Shown piece after piece: positions 10,563 to 19,736 of a DNA stretch of 61,854 nt (its first letter is position 1; the number at the start of each line of letters is the position of its first letter). The notes below the pieces were generated by a model. It made no database searches and was not told where the DNA came from. It was given only the letters and a program-made list of their open reading frames with translations. The stretch is from Myxococcota bacterium (GTDB taxonomy: Bacteria > Myxococcota_A > Polyangia > HGW-17), in NCBI GenBank assembly GCA_036802685.1, contig DAIRVS010000005.1:10027-71880 (forward strand). The letters run 5' to 3'. The translations under genes and the position numbers were made by a program.

Positions 10563-13500
10563 TTAGTCCTTCGTTATTATACCCGACCGGTTCAAAACGC
10601 GAGGGGTGATGAAGATTAAAAGTTCGCTGCGTGTGTCCTTCTTGTATTGGTTTTTGAACAGCCATCCCACGATGGGGATGTCGGCGAACCAGGGGACCTT
10701 GCGATAGATCAGGCTGCTCTGGCGCTTGTAGATACCGCCGATGACAGCGGTGTCTCCGCTCTTCACCAGCAGCTCGGTCTTCGCGCTCTTCTTGGAAATG
10801 CCCAGCGAGCCGTCTGCGCCGCGGTTGGTCAGGTCGGGCTCGTCCTTGGTGACCTCGATCTTCATCTGCACCATGTTGTCGTTGGTGACGTGCGGGGTCA
10901 CGGACAGGCTCAGCACCGCCTGCTTCATGATGACGGTGTTGCCCTGGGCCGAGCTCTGGGGATACGGGATCTCCACGCCCTGGCTGATCTTCGCCTCGAC
11001 GTTGTCCAGGGTGGTGATCTTGGGCGCCGCGATGGAGCGGACGTGGCCGATCTCCTCCATGGCCGAGATGCGCAGGTTGATGTTGACCGCGCCAGACAGG
11101 CTGCCCAGGGTCATGCCCAGGGCGCCGCCGGCGCCGCTGCCCGTGTTGGCGGGCAAGTTCACGGCGAAGTCGGGGTTGGCCGCGCCTGCCGAGGAGATGC
11201 CGCCGGTCTTGGTGAGCGTGTCCATGTTGCCGCCGGCCAAGCCGATGTTGGATGGGAAGATCAGGCCGGTGGGGTTTCCCGAGGCCGAGTTGGCCAGAAG
11301 CGAGCCACCCCACTGGACGCCGATTTCGCGCAGGAAGGTGGTCTCGGCCTCGACGATGCGGGCCTCGATCTGCACCTGCGGGGTGGGCAGGTCCAGGGAG
11401 CGGACCAGCTCCTGGGCCACCTTGAGCTTGGAGGGGACGTCCACGTAAATGATGACGTTGGTGCGCTTGTCGAAGGACACCTTGCCCCGGGAGCTCATCA
11501 CGTTGGCCTCGATGGTCTTGGCGATGTCCTCGACGTTGGAGTAATTGATGGGGATCAGGCGCGTCTCCGTCGGGATCATCTTCACCTCGGTCTTGGTGCG
11601 CGCCAGTTGGTCCTCCCGCTCCTTGTTCAACTGCTCCAGGGTGGCGATGCGGATGATGTTGCCGCCCTCGTTCACCCAGTCCAGGCTCTTGGACTTGAGG
11701 ATGACGTCGAAGGCACGATCCACGCGGACGTTGGTGAGCTTGATGGAGATGGTCCCCTTCACGTCGTCCGGGATGACCACGTTCTTGCCCCACACCTCGG
11801 CCACCAGGCGGATGACGTTGTGTAGATCGGCGTCCTTGAAGTCCAGGTCGACGAACCGGCCGCTGTAACCGCCGCCGCCGGTGCCGGTGCGACCGGCTGG
11901 TTTGATACCCTTGCGGGCCGACGAGGGGGCGGTGGGCAGGTTGTTCTTGACCGCCGTCTGGGTGTCGACGTAGCCGCCGACCTCGGAGGGAGGCACGGAG
12001 GACTTCTGGAACCGGCGGACCTCGGCGACGGTCTTGGGCACCAGGATGAGGATCTGGTGGCCGTTGCGGCGCACCTGAAGGCTGCGGGTGCCGGCGGTGT
12101 GGAGCTCGACGACCGCTGTCGGCGTCTTGCCGGTGGTGCGGTTGAAGGTCAGCACGCGGGAGACAGGCCCCTGGTAGGAGGCCGTGTCCATGTTGCGGCG
12201 CAGATCCTGTCGGAACTGGCCTTGCGGGAAGGTGATCGTCCACAGATCACCCTTCTGGGCGAGGGTCTCGGGACCGGGCGCCGCGGTGAATCGCAGCACG
12301 AGGTGGTGGGACCATGGAGAGTCCACGAATTCCACGTGCTCGACCTGGGCGGTGCCGGTCGGGGTCGGTGCCGGTGCCGGGGTCGGGGTGGGGGCCGGAA
12401 CGGGAGTCGGAACGTCCTTCTCCACTGTGGCGACCTTGCGCTCGGCGAGGACTGCGAGCTCGCGCTGGAGCTGGACCTTGCGGGTCTCCAGTTCGCGGAT
12501 CTCGGCTTCCCGCGCCTTCTTTTCCTGGTCATCGCGGGTGGTCTTGCGCCGGTTCATCTCGTCGAGCTGGCGGCCCAACTCCACCCGCTTGCGCTCGAGG
12601 TCGGTCAATTCGGTCTGCGCCTTGAGCTTGTCCATCTCCAGGCGGCGCAGGCTCTCCCGCGTGGCTTCGAGGGCGGCCAGGTCCCGCTCGAGCTTGCCTT
12701 TTCGGGTCTCGAGCTCGGCGATCTGCGCGGTCCGTCGCTTCACCTCCTCGGGATCGACGCGTCCGGCCTTCGGGTCGGTTCGGACCGCGGTCTCGAGCTG
12801 GGTCTTTCTGGCCTTGAGGGTCTCCAGTTCGGCCTGGATCTGGGTCTTGCGGGCATCGAGCTGGCGGAGGTTCTCCTGATCCTGCTTCACGCGCTCGGCG
12901 AGGGCCTTCGCCGAGAGGGTCAGTTCCCGGTATTCCTTCTCCTTGATCGCCTGTTTGCGCTCCAGGGCCTCGAGGGCGGCCCGGTTCGCCTCCAGTTTTG
13001 TCTCCGTGCGCTTCAACTGACCTTCGCGCTCTGCGAGCTGCCGGATGAGCTCGGCCAGGCGGCGCTTCTCGGCGGCGGTCTGCCGGGAGATGCCCTCCAG
13101 CCGGGCGTTGAGCTCCCGCAGTTGGCCACGGGCCTCGTCGCGAGACTGGGAGATCATGATCAGATCCTGGGAGGCGGCTTCGTAGCGGGTCCGGGCCTCC
13201 TCGAGCTCTGTCCGGGCCTTGGCCAGGCGGCCACCCAGCGTCTTGACCTCGGCCTCACCCTCGCGGGCGGCCTTCTCCCACCGGGAGGCCTGCTTCTCCA
13301 GCCGGGCGATCTCGGTCTCCCGCTGCTGCTGGCGCTCCTTCAGGCGGACCAGCTCGCGGCGCTGTCCTTCGCGCTCCAGTTTCTCCTTCTGGGTCTCCTC
13401 CTGAGCGAGCAGCTTCTGGTGCTCGGTCCGGGCCGCCTTCAACTGCTTCAGGCTCTCCTGTTCCCGGCCCTTGTGGACCTGGATCATGGCCAGTTCGTCC

Positions 13501-14906
13501 TTCTCGCGGGCCAGCAGCGTCTCGATGCCACGGCGGCGCTTCTCGAGGACGGTCGCGCGCTCCTGCTCCTCGGCGGCGAGCCGGGCGGCCTGCTTCTGGA
13601 GCTCTTCGGACTTCTTGCGGGCCGCCTCCAGGGAGGCCTGGAGCTGGCGCTCCTTCTCGACGGCCTGGTGGAGGCTGTCACGCCGGGCGGCCAGTTCGTC
13701 GGTCTCCTTGCGAAGTTGGACCTTCTGGGACTGCAGTTCGCCGGTCTGGCGGCGCAGCTCGGCGATCTCGGCGGTGAGCTTGCGATTCTCGAGCTCGGCG
13801 TTGGTGCGGAGGGTGGAGAGTTTCTGCTCCTCCTCGGTCAACTGGCGCTGGAGCTCGGCCCGCCGGGCCTCTACCGCCTTCACCTGTGCCTGCGCCGTCT
13901 GCAGCCTGCGCTCGGATTCGCCGACGCCCTTCTCCAGGGTGGCGAGCCGGTCAGCCGCCTCCCGGGTCAGTTTCTGTCCGTTCTGCTCCTGGGTCCGCGC
14001 CTGCTTGCGGAGGGTCTCGATCTCGGCCCGGGCGGTCTGGATCTCCCGCTCGATCTGCCGGCGACGGTCGAGCCCCTCGTTGAGCTCCCGGGTGGCCTTC
14101 TCCAACTCGGCTCGGCTCTTCTCCCGCTGGACCTCCATGGTCCGGGTCACGGTCTGGAGCTCGGTGAGGCGGGCGCGGGCCTTCTCCTCGCTCTCCCTGG
14201 CCTGGGCGAGCTGGGCCTGCAGGGTCTTCATCTCCGCAGCGATCTTGTCGCGGGACTCGGACAGGGCCTTCACCTGGCGGCGGGCCTCCTCCTGCTCCCG
14301 GGCGAGCTGGTCGCCGGTCTTGCGCGAGTCCGTCAGGTCGGTCTTGCGTCGGGCGCTCTCGTTCTCGAGACGCGCGCGCTCGACGCGGAGCTTCTCGGCT
14401 GCGGCCTGGGCCTCGCGGAGCCGATTCTCCATCTCGGTGGCCTGCTTCTGCAGGCGGGCGAGGCGCGCGGTGGCCTCCTCGGTGGAGGGCGGCGGCGCCT
14501 GTTCAGGCGTGAGCACCAACTGGACCGTCTGATCCTTCGTCAGGACCTGGTAGCCGGCCTTGCGCGCCAGAAAGACGGTGACCCGGCCCTTGGTCTGCCC
14601 CGTCTTTCCGTGGTTGGACAGGGACACCGAGGAGACCGTCCAGTCGTCCACATCCAGGGGGGTCGCGGTGTCCTCGAACCAGGTCGAGGCCAGCTCGAGG
14701 ACGATCCGGGGCGGTGAGTCCGCCGCGAAGGCGGTGAAGTTCACGCCGCGGGTGCCCGGGACGTGGACGACCGTCTTGCCGTCCGCGCGCTCGAACCGGA
14801 TCTGCCGGACCCTGTTGATGTCCTGCCCCCAGGACGCTCCCGGGACGAGGCAGGCGCCCAGAAGGGCGACGAAGAGGATTCTATGGATGGGGTGGCGGCT
14901 GTTCAT
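10563..14906 (-). CDS. pilQ: Type IV pilus secretin PilQ with a very long coiled-coil insertion
   Basis: 1447 aa. Signal peptide, AMIN-like domain, about 680 aa of E/K/R/Q/L-rich coiled coil, PT linker, second AMIN-like domain, N0 (YSGRFVDLDFKDADLHNVIRL), secretin domain (PQVQIEARIVEA, APKITTLDN, VPWFADIPIVGWLFK, ELLIFITPRV). Follows pilMNOP. Confidence 0.93.
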   Translation of the reverse strand: MNSRHPIHRILFVALLGACLVPGASWGQDINRVRQIRFERADGKTVVHVPGTRGVNFTAFAADSPPRIVLELASTWFEDTATPLDVDDWTVSSVSLSNHGKTGQTKGRVTVFLARKAGYQVLTKDQTVQLVLTPEQAPPPSTEEATARLARLQKQATEMENRLREAQAAAEKLRVERARLENESARRKTDLTDSRKTGDQLAREQEEARRQVKALSESRDKIAAEMKTLQAQLAQARESEEKARARLTELQTVTRTMEVQREKSRAELEKATRELNEGLDRRRQIEREIQTARAEIETLRKQARTQEQNGQKLTREAADRLATLEKGVGESERRLQTAQAQVKAVEARRAELQRQLTEEEQKLSTLRTNAELENRKLTAEIAELRRQTGELQSQKVQLRKETDELAARRDSLHQAVEKERQLQASLEAARKKSEELQKQAARLAAEEQERATVLEKRRRGIETLLAREKDELAMIQVHKGREQESLKQLKAARTEHQKLLAQEETQKEKLEREGQRRELVRLKERQQQRETEIARLEKQASRWEKAAREGEAEVKTLGGRLAKARTELEEARTRYEAASQDLIMISQSRDEARGQLRELNARLEGISRQTAAEKRRLAELIRQLAEREGQLKRTETKLEANRAALEALERKQAIKEKEYRELTLSAKALAERVKQDQENLRQLDARKTQIQAELETLKARKTQLETAVRTDPKAGRVDPEEVKRRTAQIAELETRKGKLERDLAALEATRESLRRLEMDKLKAQTELTDLERKRVELGRQLDEMNRRKTTRDDQEKKAREAEIRELETRKVQLQRELAVLAERKVATVEKDVPTPVPAPTPTPAPAPTPTGTAQVEHVEFVDSPWSHHLVLRFTAAPGPETLAQKGDLWTITFPQGQFRQDLRRNMDTASYQGPVSRVLTFNRTTGKTPTAVVELHTAGTRSLQVRRNGHQILILVPKTVAEVRRFQKSSVPPSEVGGYVDTQTAVKNNLPTAPSSARKGIKPAGRTGTGGGGYSGRFVDLDFKDADLHNVIRLVAEVWGKNVVIPDDVKGTISIKLTNVRVDRAFDVILKSKSLDWVNEGGNIIRIATLEQLNKEREDQLARTKTEVKMIPTETRLIPINYSNVEDIAKTIEANVMSSRGKVSFDKRTNVIIYVDVPSKLKVAQELVRSLDLPTPQVQIEARIVEAETTFLREIGVQWGGSLLANSASGNPTGLIFPSNIGLAGGNMDTLTKTGGISSAGAANPDFAVNLPANTGSGAGGALGMTLGSLSGAVNINLRISAMEEIGHVRSIAAPKITTLDNVEAKISQGVEIPYPQSSAQGNTVIMKQAVLSLSVTPHVTNDNMVQMKIEVTKDEPDLTNRGADGSLGISKKSAKTELLVKSGDTAVIGGIYKRQSSLIYRKVPWFADIPIVGWLFKNQYKKDTRSELLIFITPRVLNRSGIITKD

Positions 14907-15640
14907 GGTCCGACCTCCTTGGGCTTGTTCTTACCGTACATGCGAACTCGGATCCCGCGCTGGTCGGCGCGGAGCTTGTCGTACTGGACCTGGTAGGGCC
15001 CCGACGTCCGGGCCAGGGAATACTCCATCACCTTGGGTTCCTCCCCCTGCACGGAGCCGGGGACCTCCACGAGCACCTTGTCATGGGTGATCTCCCGGAT
15101 CAGGGCACGGGACCTGCTGATCCGGTCGTCCTTCATCACGGTTGTGGGCTGCCCCGAGGGATCCGTGAACAGGGCTTTCTCCCGGCCGGCAGACCACACG
15201 ATCCCGGACAGGGTCAATTGGTTCAACTGGAAGTTCTCGAGGAGGATCACAACTGTGCTCTCAGTGACGCCGGGCTCGGTGGTGGGGGCCTCGACCTCCT
15301 TGGCCACGAGGAGCCCGTACAGGTCGACGAAGGGGTCGCGCTGCTCCTTACCGTGCTCGACGAAGACCTCGGGCGGCAGGGTCCGGGCGTTCTCGTTGAA
15401 CGGCGGGATCGCCAGGTTTTCGTCGGCGAAGTTGTGCAGGGGCACGGCGTTCTTGGCCTTTCCGCCGGGCGCGCGAGGCCCCTGGGGGGGCGGGGGCGGG
15501 GTGGCGGCGCCGGGGGTGCCGGCCGCCGGAGGCGGGGGCTGTCCGCCGGAGGATCCCTTGTCGTCGCCGCCGCAGCCGGGGGCCGCCAGCAGCCATGCAA
15601 CAGAGCAAAGAAGGAGCGTCCTCATGGCTATCCCTTTCAT
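14903..15640 (-). CDS. pilP: Type IV pilus assembly lipoprotein PilP
   Basis: Lipobox AAPGC, Pro-rich linker, RDPF motif, LENFQLNQLTLSGIVW...KALFTDPSG. Start either at 15640 (overlaps the pilO stop) or at 15625. Confidence 0.85.
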   Translation of the reverse strand: MKGIAMRTLLLCSVAWLLAAPGCGGDDKGSSGGQPPPPAAGTPGAATPPPPPQGPRAPGGKAKNAVPLHNFADENLAIPPFNENARTLPPEVFVEHGKEQRDPFVDLYGLLVAKEVEAPTTEPGVTESTVVILLENFQLNQLTLSGIVWSAGREKALFTDPSGQPTTVMKDDRISRSRALIREITHDKVLVEVPGSVQGEEPKVMEYSLARTSGPYQVQYDKLRADQRGIRVRMYGKNKPKEVGP

Positions 15641-16314
15641 GGACCGACCGGCGCGTCGGGTCCCATGGTCATGCGGTTGGCGCCCTCCCGGAGCAGGTCG
15701 GGCTTCTTCTTGTCCACCGCCGGTTTTGCCGGGATGAACGACGGCGAATAATAGATCCGGGCCGTGAACTCGGCCTCGAGTAGGTTGCGGTCGGCGGTGT
15801 TCCCCTGCGTGGTGGCGCGCATGCGCATCACCACGTCGCCCACGTCCATCAGCCGGTTCATCTGAAACATCTTGTAGAGGAAGCGACAAATGGAATGGAA
15901 GCGGCCCTGCACGATGAGCTTGATGGGCCGGACCACCACGGCGTCGAAGGAGTCGGTGTCGTCCTCCTGCGGGATGATCGAAGAGATGCGGATGTCGTCG
16001 GCCATCTGGTCGAGCTCGCCGACGAGCTCCGAGAGATCCACCGAGACGGGGATACGCTTGGTCAACTCTTCGCTCTTCAGTTCCATTTCGTCAAGCTCGG
16101 CTTTGGCCTTCTTGGCGTTCTCCAGGTTTCTCTGGGCTTCCGCGATGGCGTATTCTCCATACTCCGCCTGCTTCCTGGACTTCTCGATGTCGTCCTTGGC
16201 GACGGTGTACGGGTTCAGGAAATAGTAGGCGACCATGGCCCCGGACACGAAGACGGTCAGGAGGAACTTGTGCGTGAACGGTGCCTTGGCCAGCCAGTGG
16301 TAGATGCGTTCCAT
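15637..16314 (-). CDS. pilO: Type IV pilus assembly protein PilO
   Basis: 225 aa. N-terminal TM, coiled coil, then RPIKLIVQGRFHSICRFLYKMFQMNRLMDV. Lies between pilN and pilP. Confidence 0.88.
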   Translation of the reverse strand: MERIYHWLAKAPFTHKFLLTVFVSGAMVAYYFLNPYTVAKDDIEKSRKQAEYGEYAIAEAQRNLENAKKAKAELDEMELKSEELTKRIPVSVDLSELVGELDQMADDIRISSIIPQEDDTDSFDAVVVRPIKLIVQGRFHSICRFLYKMFQMNRLMDVGDVVMRMRATTQGNTADRNLLEAEFTARIYYSPSFIPAKPAVDKKKPDLLREGANRMTMGPDAPVGP

Positions 16315-16339
16315 GAGATCACCTGCGTCGTTTCATGTC

Positions 16340-16993
16340 CTAGTACACCATCACGGCCTTGATCTTGAACGTGACCATGGTCGTCTCGGGTGTGTCCTTC
16401 TTCTGTTGACCGGAGTTCACGGTCTGGACCTTCGCCTCCAGGATCTCCGGGTTCCGGAAATAGGCCGACACCCGCATACGCCGCGCGAGCTCGGACACGT
16501 CGTAGTGGCTGCGGGCCACGCCCTCGAGGGCGAGGAAACGATCCTTGTCCTCGATCTTGGTGAAGAACATCGGGGAGGGGTCCCAGTTCGTGTCCAGATC
16601 GGTGCGCGCCTCGGGGCCGGTCACCGTGGGCAGCTGGCCCACGCTGACGATGCGGGCCAGCTCCAGCAGGACGAACACCGGGTTCGAGCGGACCTTCTCG
16701 ATTCGCCCCACCGTGTCCACGCGTTTCTGGTACTCGGCCTTCATCTTCTGTTTTTCGGCTTCGGGCAGCACCTTGAACTGGGACAGTTGGGCCTGCAGCG
16801 CGTTGATCTTGCGGTTGTTTTCCTCGATGATGCCGCGGTTCTTCTCGATACTGGAGGTGTCCAGCACGAACTTGTAATGATAGAAGAGGCCGCCGCCGGT
16901 CAACAGCCAGGTCGCCAGGATCAGGAGCAGCACCTGCTGTCCCCGGGCTTCCTTCGGGGAGACCTTCTGTGGAATCAGGTTGATGCGCAACAT
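16340..16993 (-). CDS. pilN: Type IV pilus assembly protein PilN
   Basis: N-terminal MLRINLIP motif, TM, coiled coil, LEGVARSHYDVSELARRMRVSAYFRN. SD AAGGAG is best spaced to the ATG at 16993. Confidence 0.9.
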   Translation of the reverse strand: MLRINLIPQKVSPKEARGQQVLLLILATWLLTGGGLFYHYKFVLDTSSIEKNRGIIEENNRKINALQAQLSQFKVLPEAEKQKMKAEYQKRVDTVGRIEKVRSNPVFVLLELARIVSVGQLPTVTGPEARTDLDTNWDPSPMFFTKIEDKDRFLALEGVARSHYDVSELARRMRVSAYFRNPEILEAKVQTVNSGQQKKDTPETTMVTFKIKAVMVY

Positions 16994-17018
16994 CGGCATA
17001 CTCCTTCGGGAAGATCCC

Positions 17019-18071
17019 CTAGATCTTCTTGTCGCCCGGTCGGCGCAGGGCCAGGCCCAGGGCGACCGAGGCGGTGGCGGCCTGGGACTGCAAGAGCGGC
17101 ATGTCGAACATGCCCGGGTCGACGATGACGCCGCGGGTGAAGCCGTCGAAGACGGTCACCGAGTTCTTGGACCGTCGCTCGATGGCCTGGACCAGCGGCC
17201 TCATGATGGAACCGCCGCCGGTGGCGACCAGCCGGGTGGCGTTCGTCGCCGGCGCCGAGCTCAGGAAGAAGTCGATGGAGCGCTGCAGCTCGCCCGCCAT
17301 CACGTCGCACACGCGGTTGACGATGCCCAGGATGTTCGGATCCGGGGTGGCGCTCATGGCGAGCTCGCGCTTGCGGTTCTCTGCCTCGTCCGCGGCGATC
17401 TGCAGGGTGCGCTGGATCTCGCCGGTGATGGTCTGCCCGCCGATGCCGATGCCGCGGGCGAAGGTCGTCACGCCGCCGATGACGACGTTGAGTGACGTGG
17501 AGACGGCCCCGATGTTGAGCATCACCACGGTCTCCGTCGGGGAGAAGCCGACGAGCCGCTCGTACAGGTTCTGCACGGCGAAGGCCGCGACGTCGATGAT
17601 CACGGGGTTCAGGCGGGCCTCCTTCACGATGTCGAGGAAGTCCTGCACGGTCTCCTTCTTGGCGGCCACGAGGAGGATCTCCATCTGCCCCTCGGTGTTC
17701 TTCGGCACCACGATGTCGTAATCCACCTCGACCTCGTCGCGGGCGAACGGGATGTGGTGGGACATCTCCAGGTTCAGTTCCTCGGCCAGCTCCGCCCTCG
17801 ACATCACGGGCATGGCGATCTTCTTCACGATCACTGAGCGGCCGGAGATCGCGATCGCGACCTCCTTGCGCTTGATCCCCAGGCGCGAGAACAGGGCTTC
17901 GATCGAGTCGAGGACCGCCGCCTGGTTCATGATCGCGCCGTCGACGATCGTCTCCGGGGGCAGGGGATTGATGCCGAAGTTCGCCAGCACGAGGCCCTTG
18001 CGGGTCTCCTCCAGTTGCACCACCTTGACCGATGAGGAACCGATGTCGAGGCCAATACAGTTTTTCGCCAT
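17019..18071 (-). CDS. pilM: Type IV pilus assembly actin-like protein PilM
   Basis: IGLDIGSSSVKVV, IPFARDEVEVDY, IDVAAFAVQN, LNIGA, ATGGGS, ASVALGLALR. SD AAGGA upstream of the ATG at 18071. Confidence 0.95.
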   Translation of the reverse strand: MAKNCIGLDIGSSSVKVVQLEETRKGLVLANFGINPLPPETIVDGAIMNQAAVLDSIEALFSRLGIKRKEVAIAISGRSVIVKKIAMPVMSRAELAEELNLEMSHHIPFARDEVEVDYDIVVPKNTEGQMEILLVAAKKETVQDFLDIVKEARLNPVIIDVAAFAVQNLYERLVGFSPTETVVMLNIGAVSTSLNVVIGGVTTFARGIGIGGQTITGEIQRTLQIAADEAENRKRELAMSATPDPNILGIVNRVCDVMAGELQRSIDFFLSSAPATNATRLVATGGGSIMRPLVQAIERRSKNSVTVFDGFTRGVIVDPGMFDMPLLQSQAATASVALGLALRRPGDKKI

Positions 18072-18120
18072 GATATTGTCATCCTTCGGTCCATGTGACA
18101 AATGGACCTACTCTGGAACC

Positions 18121-18150
18121 TTTATACCACATCAAGACACATGTAGTCAA
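18121..18150 (-). promoter_or_regulatory. Putative sigma70-type promoter of pilMNOPQ
   Basis: Minus strand TTGACT-N18-TATAAA with an extended -10 TG. The leader carries a 7-bp hairpin (18088-18108) just upstream of the SD. Confidence 0.6.
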
Positions 18151-18169
18151 ATTTCCGCAAAAAACTTTC

Positions 18170-19636
18170 TCACCCAAAGGTTTCCTTCTCTGAGTAATTG
18201 ATTTTATATAGTTTTATTTTATATTGCAAAGCCCTTTCGCTGATCTCGAGAAGTTGAGATGCAGCGAACTTCTTTCCACCTGTAATTTTTAAGGCTTCAG
18301 TTATTAAAATTTTTTCTATGTCCTTTATTGCTCGTTTGATCGACAAGCTCGTGGAGTCGGGTGCCTGGGTCGTCCGGCTCGCACCGGGGGCCTCGGCGGG
18401 CGTGATCGTCGGGCCGGGCAGATCGTCGGGTTGAAGTTCACGTCGGTCGGCCAGGATGGTCAGGCGTTCCATCCAGTTCTCGAGCTCGCGCACGTTACCC
18501 GGCCAGGGGTACCGCATCAAACGGGCCGCGGCCTCCGGGGACAGGATCTTCTCCTCCACGCCGTGACGGCGGGCCGCCCGGGCGAGGAAGTGACGGGCCA
18601 GGAGCAGCAGGTCCTCGGGGCGTTCGCGCAGCGGTGGCAGGTGGATCGGCACGACGTTGAGGCGGTAGAAAAGATCCTCGCGGAAGGCGCCGGCTGCGAC
18701 CTGGGCCGCCAGATCCCGCGCGGTGGCAGCCATCCAGCGCACCTGGACCCGCGTCTCCTGGCCGGCGCCCAGGGGCCGGAAGGCGCCCTCCTGGATCACG
18801 CGCAGGAGCTTCACCTGCAGCGAAAGCGGCAGTTCCCCCACCTCGTCGAGGAAAAGGGTGCCGCGATCCGCCTGTGCGAGCAGGCCGGTGCGATCCTCGT
18901 GGGCGCCGGTGTACGCGCCCCGCACGACGCCGAACAACTCGCTCTCGAGGAGGTTCTCGGGGATTGCGCCACAGTTCACCGCGACGAACGGGCCGGGGTC
19001 CGGGCGCAGCGCGTGGATGAGGCGGGCGACCACCTCCTTGCCCGTGCCGCTTTCGCCCGTGATCAGCACCGTGGACTGGAAGCTGGCGATCTTCTGCACC
19101 TTCTGCAGCACCTGCTGGATCGAGGGGGAGACGCCGATGAGCATGCCGTCGGGATCGCGGCCGGTGAGCCGGGAGCGCAGCGCCCGGTTCTCCTCGATCA
19201 GGGCCAGGCGCTCCTCGGCCTTGCGCACCGTGTGCAGCAGCACGTCCTTGCCGAAGGGCTTGGAGAGGAAGTGGTAGGCGCCGGCCTGCAGCGCGCTCAC
19301 GGCCATCTCGATGGACCCGTAGGCCGACATGACGATCACCGTGCGCTCGGGGGCCTCGCGCATCAATTCTGATAGCAGCTGCATGCCGTCCTTCTTCGGG
19401 AGCCGTACGTCGGTGAGGATCAGTTGCAGGAGGGGATCGGCGAGGGCGAGCCTGAGGGCCTGCTCTCCGTCCTCGGCGGTGACCACCCGATAACCCGCCC
19501 CGGTCAGCACGCTCTCGATGACCAGGCGCAGCCCCGGTTCGTCCTCGACGACGAGGACGCCCCGGAACAGGGGGTTCCTGGAAAGGGTCTCTGGGGATGG
19601 GGTCAACCGGTTCGTCTCCTTCAGCTTCCACAGCAT
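18170..19636 (-). CDS. Sigma54-dependent response regulator (NtrC/PilR-like: REC-AAA+-HTH)
   Basis: REC (VLVVEDE, LTDVRLP, FLSKPF), GESGTGKE, GAYTGA, LFLDEVGE, FREDLFYRLNV, WPGNVRELEN, Fis-type HTH. Start codon uncertain (19636 or downstream). Confidence 0.92.
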   Translation of the reverse strand: MLWKLKETNRLTPSPETLSRNPLFRGVLVVEDEPGLRLVIESVLTGAGYRVVTAEDGEQALRLALADPLLQLILTDVRLPKKDGMQLLSELMREAPERTVIVMSAYGSIEMAVSALQAGAYHFLSKPFGKDVLLHTVRKAEERLALIEENRALRSRLTGRDPDGMLIGVSPSIQQVLQKVQKIASFQSTVLITGESGTGKEVVARLIHALRPDPGPFVAVNCGAIPENLLESELFGVVRGAYTGAHEDRTGLLAQADRGTLFLDEVGELPLSLQVKLLRVIQEGAFRPLGAGQETRVQVRWMAATARDLAAQVAAGAFREDLFYRLNVVPIHLPPLRERPEDLLLLARHFLARAARRHGVEEKILSPEAAARLMRYPWPGNVRELENWMERLTILADRRELQPDDLPGPTITPAEAPGASRTTQAPDSTSLSIKRAIKDIEKILITEALKITGGKKFAASQLLEISERALQYKIKLYKINYSEKETFG

Positions 19637-19736
19637 ATGTAAGGAAGCCGAAGGGCGCAAAAAATGAAGGGAAAGTAGGGGATGGGGGAGGTGCCGGGGA
19701 GCCGGACCATGGGAGCGGGCCCGAAGCCCGGGGCGG

